Source: Amoebidium appalachense
Taxonomy: Eukaryota > Protista > Ichthyosporea
Reading direction: 5' to 3'
Assembly (NCBI GenBank): GCA_963693365.1
Contig: CAVNZM010000012.1
Coordinates: 5,468,889-5,532,888 of the forward strand
DNA length: 64,000 nucleotides
Below are positions 57,858 to 64,000 of the stretch, in pieces. How positions within the stretch are numbered: position 1 is the first letter of the stretch; each line of letters begins with the position of its first letter. The position numbers were made by a program, and so were the translations under genes. Below the pieces are notes generated by a model that made no database searches, was not told the origin of the DNA, and was given only the letters and a program-made list of their open reading frames with translations.

Positions 57858-59204
57858 CCAGACGTTGTGGCGTCAGCAGCCACCAGCACAGCCACCCAAA
57901 CCCACGACGACAGCCCAGTGTGCCCCGTGTGCACGTGCAATGTGGGTGGCCCCGGCTACGTGCTAGCTGGCTGTGGCCACGGCTACTGCCCCCCCTGTGC
58001 CCAGCACATGCTGCTGGCCCCATCCCCCACCTACCCCCTGGCCTGTGTGGCCGAGGGCTGTGCCAGCCCCGTGCCCCTGACCAGTCTGTGGACCTGGTTG
58101 GGTTGGGGGGGCTGGCAGCCCACAGCCAGGCCGCATTCGGAGCCTACATGGCCAAACACACAGACACCCTGCGCTTCTGCGTCACCCCGGACTGTCCTGA
58201 GCTGGGCCTATGCCCTTAAACCCCCCCCCCCACCCCCCCCCCCAACCCCCCCCCCGCCGGCCCTCCCGTCGCCCCCTCTTCACCCCCGTGGCTGCATTCC
58301 ACCCGCCATCCTTGTTCGTTTTCTCTCACTCCGCCATGTTGCCCTGTTGTGGCCAGTGGCAAAATGAAGCCCCAGGTGCAGGGCCGACCTGCTGTGATGT
58401 GCATAGTACTGAGGGTGGGTGCAGCTGTACCGGGCAGGCCAGGGGCCACGGCTGTGCCCAGGCTGCCTGCAGACCCTATGCACCAGCTGCCATGTGGCCT
58501 ACCACGAGGGCCTGACATGCGCCCAGCACAAGGTGCTTGCCCTCATGCACCCACCGGATAATTGCTTGACTTGGCTTTTCTAGATCTACGTGGTGTGGCC
58601 GTGCTGGGTGTGAAGCGCAGGTGTATCTGTGTGTTTATCTGCACAGGGGCTTGTGCATGCTCGTGTCCTCGTGTGTGTCTCTCAGCCTTTGGCGCCAATT
58701 TCTTTTTATTATTATCTGCTTTTATGTGCTTTTGTTAACCTACTTTTGAGTGGGCGGTGGGCTATCGTAGCCATATGTAGGATGTCTGCCTGCTGATTGG
58801 TTGCTTGTCTGCAGGATGGTATGGAGCCTGATGACGTGGCCCTCGAGATGTGGCGGCAGCAGGTGTGGGCCAAGCCCTGCCCCCGCTGCCATCGCTGATT
58901 TAGAAGAGCTCAGGCTGCAACCACATGACATGTGCCCTGTGCAGGGCCCACATCTGCTGGGTGTGCCTGGCCGTGTTTGACTCGGGCAGCCCCGTATACG
59001 AGCACATGCGCAGGGTTCATGGTGGCATAGGGCTCTAGGCACCTGCCATGCCATCTGGATTGATTTATAGTGCAACACACTGGAAACAATACATTGGTAT
59101 CTACGTCTGAGCTTCGATCCTACTTGTATCGGGTTGGGCAGTGGGAAAACTGTGAATTTGCAATGTAGCCGTGTGTGTGTGTCGTGAGTGGGTGGGTGGG
59201 TGGG

Positions 59205-59242
<38 letters not shown>

Positions 59243-59687
59243 TGGATACTTTAACATTTAGCAATGCATTTAACTGTGTTACAGGGCGATGTACACAGTA
59301 CAGGAGCACGGAACTGTGCAACACATGCAGCGGCTCTTACGAGGAATGACACACACTCTCTGTATATATTGAGATTTGAAAGGGCACAGGGTGCATGAGT
59401 TGGAGGCCATGTATCTGCAATAATTTATGTATGTGGTGTGCACTTGGTGCTGTCGTATTGCCAACACGGCCGTGGGGACTTTATTTTTATTTTATTTTAT
59501 TTTTATTTTTTTAATTTTTTTTTTTTTTTTGGGGGGGGGGGGGGGGAGGGGGGGGGGGGGGGGGGGGTGCATACCACGTGTGTGTTGCAGTACTGTTTGC
59601 GCCCGCCTGTGACTGCACGGCCATCACACCGACTATCAGCAAACTCTATGTTGCATGCTAGAGATCCCTGAATATTAAAATAAGAAT
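57858..59687 (+). repeat. Right arm of inverted segmental duplication (partner 28762-30504)
   Basis: Homology seen by eye from ccagacgttgtggcgtcagc to ...gttgcatgcta...aaataag. Confidence 0.88.
57862..59038 (+). pseudogene. 5'-truncated copy of the RBR ligase (RING1-IBR-RING2 exons only)
   Basis: CPVCTC..CGHGYCPPC, CVTPDC, CPGC..CTSCHVAYHEGLTC, GCNHMTC..ICWVC. Introns retained. Frameshift near 58088 and frameshift/stop near 58890-58903. No upstream exons found. Confidence 0.85.
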
Positions 59688-60999
59688 TACTGATATGAGC
59701 GCCGTGACACCCAATGTTGGGATGGGTCCACGTTAACGAGAGACACGTTCCTTTAAGCTCGGCATATAATAGCCTCCGCCGGGGCGTACAAGCTCTTGCA
59801 GCACCATTCATCCCCATTCCGGATATCCCCCCAGATGAAAAGTGACTGTGATCTGTGTTTGTGCAAGTCACACTTGACTCACATACGGACTGAGGAGTGT
59901 GCACGTGATCTACTGTGCAAAATAGAGCATGCCAGGCAGTGCGCTCTAGGCCAATCAATAGTCAATTTGTTATCGGTCTATTTCCGTTTAGCAACACAAC
60001 ACAGTAGGAAATGATAACCGGTCCAAGCTCCTCACTAGTTACCAAATATGATGTATGTCTCGCCGACTTGCCTTTGTTGGAATATACAACACCAATATCA
60101 CTATTATTATTGCTAAGTATATTCTACTAGTGCTAGTTCGTTGTCTATCTGCTTATTTAGCGAGTCATGTAATTATGCGCTCCGCATTCGACAGAGGCTG
60201 ACCGGATCAGTCTAAGAAGTGTATTAATTTGATTACGGCATCCCTTTCTGCATGACAGGAAGCTGTGCCATAGACTCACACTCGTGTTTCAAGCATGTTT
60301 CTCACTCGGTGAGACCCAGATTTTCACTTCCCCCTTCCCCCGGCCCTGTAAACAGTTGGACTGGTTAGGATAAGGCGGAGTACAACTGAATCAAAATAAA
60401 GACAGAGAACGGGTAGAAAGGCACACGCGGCCAGGTTGCTTTTACTATGGGCCGACTCAGTCTGTCTCAGACTTCACTGAAGTGATCCCCGTACTGGGAC
60501 GACTTTGTTATATAGTATAGCCCCCACTGGCAGGTTTCGGATCAAGGCCCAGGATTGGTTCATCCGCGGCCAGCGCGGGTGGCAACATACCATTCGTGAT
60601 TCTTGTGCGGTCCGAGCCAGTCAGACCTTCGTCCTATTTATGCAAACCTCTTATTGCAATTGGTCCACTTCGTTTATGTGGTATGCAGCAATAGAATCAT
60701 AAATGGTTCAATTCTTAGGTGACCGTCAGAGTGAGTCCTATTGGTGCGGACATAACAGTATTTATGTGATATTCATGACAAAGCACGAATCGTGTGGTAG
60801 TAGATCACATTCTTTAGTAAACATGTACAGTTCATGTGTACAGTTGTTTACACCCCCCCGCCTCGCCCCCCAAACACACACACGCGCGCACACACATACA
60901 CCCTGCCCCTCCTCCCATCCTCTGACACCACCTCAGACAACCAAACTGACCTCAGGCTCCAACATACATGTTCCGAATGATGGGCCAACATAGAAAGAG

Positions 61000-61040
<41 letters not shown>

Positions 61041-61630
61041 TACCCCCCCACAGACACACTTGTCCAGTCAGACACACCACACTTAACCTTGATGATTGGT
61101 TAAAGCACGGCAACACATGAAAACTAAAGTAAATTAATGAAGTCTGATCACCTATGTCAACCCAAGTGTAGCCTAAGTGTGTTACCGTCCAATCAACACA
61201 TATAAGTAACACAAATCTACCTAACATGTATTAGTAGAAAAGAAATACGATTATACATATGAAAACAAGGAGAGAAAGAAAAGAAATTAAAGAAGGAGAA
61301 AGAGAAAGCTTAAGGAGACTGAGAGCATAGATCAACAAACAAGATAGCAATACTAAAAATAACTAAAGATATTTATGTACACACAAACATGTACACGTCT
61401 CTCCCTGAGTGGGTGGATCCGTGTACACACATGTTAATATTCTAATCGATATTGCAACACACGATTAAAGCCAATACAACACGTTTACAAGTATACAAGC
61501 ATATCGGAGATTGATGCCACACTTTTCGCACAAGGAGTGTCGCCTTTACACTAAGTACATGAACTAAAACATAACACAAACTGAAAAGATCTTACCTAAT
61601 GTAGATACTACGTACTACAACATTGCTGCT

Positions 61631-63746
61631 CTAACCAATGGCTCCGTCTGCCATGGTGAAAATAAAGCCTGGAGTGGAACGTCGGGTGTCTATGTCACCG
61701 GCCCAGTCTGCATCGGTATAGCCAAGTATGCGTCCGTGTAGTGACTTGTCCACAGGGCCGTAGACAATGCCGTGGTCGAAAGTTGGCTTGACGTAGCGCA
61801 GAAGACGCTTTGCAGCGTTGAGATGTGCCTGGCCTGGATTCTTGTTGTAGCGGGCAAGCGCGGACACAGGGAAAGACAGGTCGGGTCGAGTCCATGTGGC
61901 GAGGTACCGTAACGGAAGACTTCCAACAATGGACTGGTACTCGGACAGATGATCGGATGCCATCTTGAGCTTGTCCTCCTCCGTGGTAGGTGACTGGTAG
62001 CTGCAGAGCTTGTCCAGTGTCATGGGAGTGTCGATGGGCTTGGCCTCGTCCATGCCAAAACGCTGCAAAACTCGGTTGCTGTAGGCAGTCTGGTGAATCT
62101 TGATGCGACCGTCGTGCAGTCTAGAAATCTCCACACCGAGGAAGCACTCAGCAAGGGGCTGGTACTTGACCTTGAAGAATTTGCTGAGTTCCACATGTAG
62201 GTAATCAGCAGCAGCCTGTGTCGACAGTGGGCGTGGAGACTAGCAGATCGTCTACGTGGGTGGTGATGATGACCATGTCGTCCCCTGTGCCTCAGATATA
62301 GCAGCAGGGGTCAGCCGGTGTCTGCACGAACTTGAGATGGCAGAGAGCATCAGAGAGAGTATTTCCCCATGCTCGGGCTGACTGCTTGAGACCGTAGATG
62401 GCTTTGTTGAGCTTGCACACAAGGTGCTCGTTGCCTTGTTGGATGAACCCCGGGCCCTCCGGCTGGTCAATGTAGATCTCCTCCTCCAGCTTAGAGTTGA
62501 GAAAAGCTGTGTCGAAGTCATCTGTTGCCAGATGACGTCCCCCTGCAGCTGCATCTGCTATAAGCAGACGTGTGGTAGTGCACGGGTGAGCTGTTGGAGG
62601 GAAGGTCTCGTCGTAATCACTAGGTGGCGCTGGGTGAATCCACGGGCAACCAATCGGGCCTTGAATTGAGTGACTTCACCTTGTGGATTTGACTTGATGT
62701 CGAACACCCACCTAATCTTGATTGGTTTCCGGCCTGGTGGTAATTCCACCAGTGTGTAAGTTTTGTTAGTGAGCAGGGAGGTGTGCTCAACCTTGGCGGC
62801 AGTCATCCACTCATCATGTTGCGGAGAATTCAGCGCAGCTTTGTAGCTGTTGGGTACTTGGATGTCGCTCATGAAATACTGTGGATGGCTCAGCATTTGC
62901 TGTAGTAGTGGCAATAAGTGCACTTAGCTGCCTAGCCTCGTGCAGGGCACCCTTGCCTCGTCCTTGATGCACCAATTGGTTGAAGACTCGGCCACTCCGT
63001 GTTGCTGGGGGAGTGATGGTGCGATGCGATTGGTGGAGCATCTTCGCTGGAATCTTCCTTGCTGAAGTTCACTCGTTTGGAAGGAGGCTTGATGGGGGTG
63101 TCTGCGTCTTCCTGACGTTGTCTCTTGAAACCGGGGTTGGCTGCTATGGTGGTGTACGTTGTCTCCTCCTGGCTGGTTGGCTCCTCCTGCACGTGCTTTT
63201 TGCTGATTGGCTGATCCTCCTCTTCATCCAATAGATGCAAAACAGCCTTCTCACCTGAGACTCAGTTACCGAAGGCAGGATGTGCTCTTTCATCGAAGAT
63301 CACACTCCTCCTAAGAGCAATTCGGCCTGAGGGAAGGAGGATGCGGTAAGCCTTGCAGTGGGATTGGTAGCCAACGAAAATTCCTGGCTCAGTGCGCGGA
63401 CCGGAGCGAATTTCTGGCCGCGCTGGCGTTCCTCGGGCGGGATGACGGCAAAAACTGCGCAGCCAAACACACGAAGGTAGCTGACATCTGGACGTTTGCC
63501 GTAGAGAGCTTAATAGGGAGGGATGAAACCAGGGTTGGAGGAATAGGGGCTCCGGTTGTTGAGATGCACAGCAGTGCGCACAGCTTCTGGCCAATGGCGA
63601 AGAGGAAAATCAGGTACAGAGAGAAGCATGGCGTGCGCACGGTCAATCAGAGTGTAGTTGCGCCGTTCAGCTACTCCATTCTGACCGTGGGCAATGCCAT
63701 AGGTTGCATCCATTCTCTGGGTGCTACCATTGTCGTAACCTAACAT
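61631..63746 (-). mobile_element. Degenerate Ty1/copia LTR-retrotransposon pol fragment (integrase C-half, RT, RNase H start)
   Basis: QNGVAERRN.TL, WPEAVRTAVHL.NR, GIFVGY..KAYR, WVFDIK..FKARLVARGFTQ, TYVDDLL (~62244-62264), YQSIVGSL, TRPDLSF, GYTDADWAGD..RRST, in INT-RT-RH order. Multiple frameshifts; both ends truncated. Confidence 0.92.
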
Positions 63747-64000
63747 GTGTGTATTAACAGATGCGGCACTCTTCTAAGTAAACACACACGGAAAGGAACG
63801 AACGTATACGAGAAAATTGCAAAGTTTATTAATAGGCCTGACTCCGACGGGCAACCTGAGATCCGAATGGAACCAAGCTAAGTCACAACTGCGGCCATCA
63901 AGGCCGTGCCCCCAAAGATCATCATCACCACTGGCAGGCCCCCCCACGATGCCACATTCCTTACATTCCGATCTAATGAACTCTATCGTGCACCTGCACG

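Noticed and set aside
61219-64000. LTR pair for the copia fragment (acctaacatgt at about 61219 and 63739)
   Set aside because: The match is only about 11 bp, the flanks do not align, and no canonical primer-binding site was seen.

Overview
Eukaryotic, intron-rich genomic DNA with many (CA)n/(CT)n microsatellites and poly-G/poly-C tracts. An animal-like IP3 receptor, a class C GPCR and short introns with CTGAC branch points suggest a unicellular holozoan-like protist; this is inference only. From left to right: (1) an apparently young tyrosine-recombinase retrotransposon (1-5669) with split direct repeats A1-ORF-B1-A2-B2 and one fused RT-RNase H-YR reading frame, with no recognisable gag; (2) an intronless secreted Cys-rich protein gene with a clean core promoter; (3) an RGS-domain gene head-to-head with (4) a multi-exon class C 7TM receptor whose ectodomain resembles a bacterial sugar-binding protein; (5) a frameshifted CCCH/RRM/RBR E3 ligase gene divergent from (6) an IP3 receptor gene of about 65-70 exons; (7) an inverted, decayed copy of the 3' part of the RBR gene; (8) a degenerate Ty1/copia pol fragment. 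No tRNA, rRNA or true CRISPR array was recognised. Exon boundaries were read by eye and no database searches were run.
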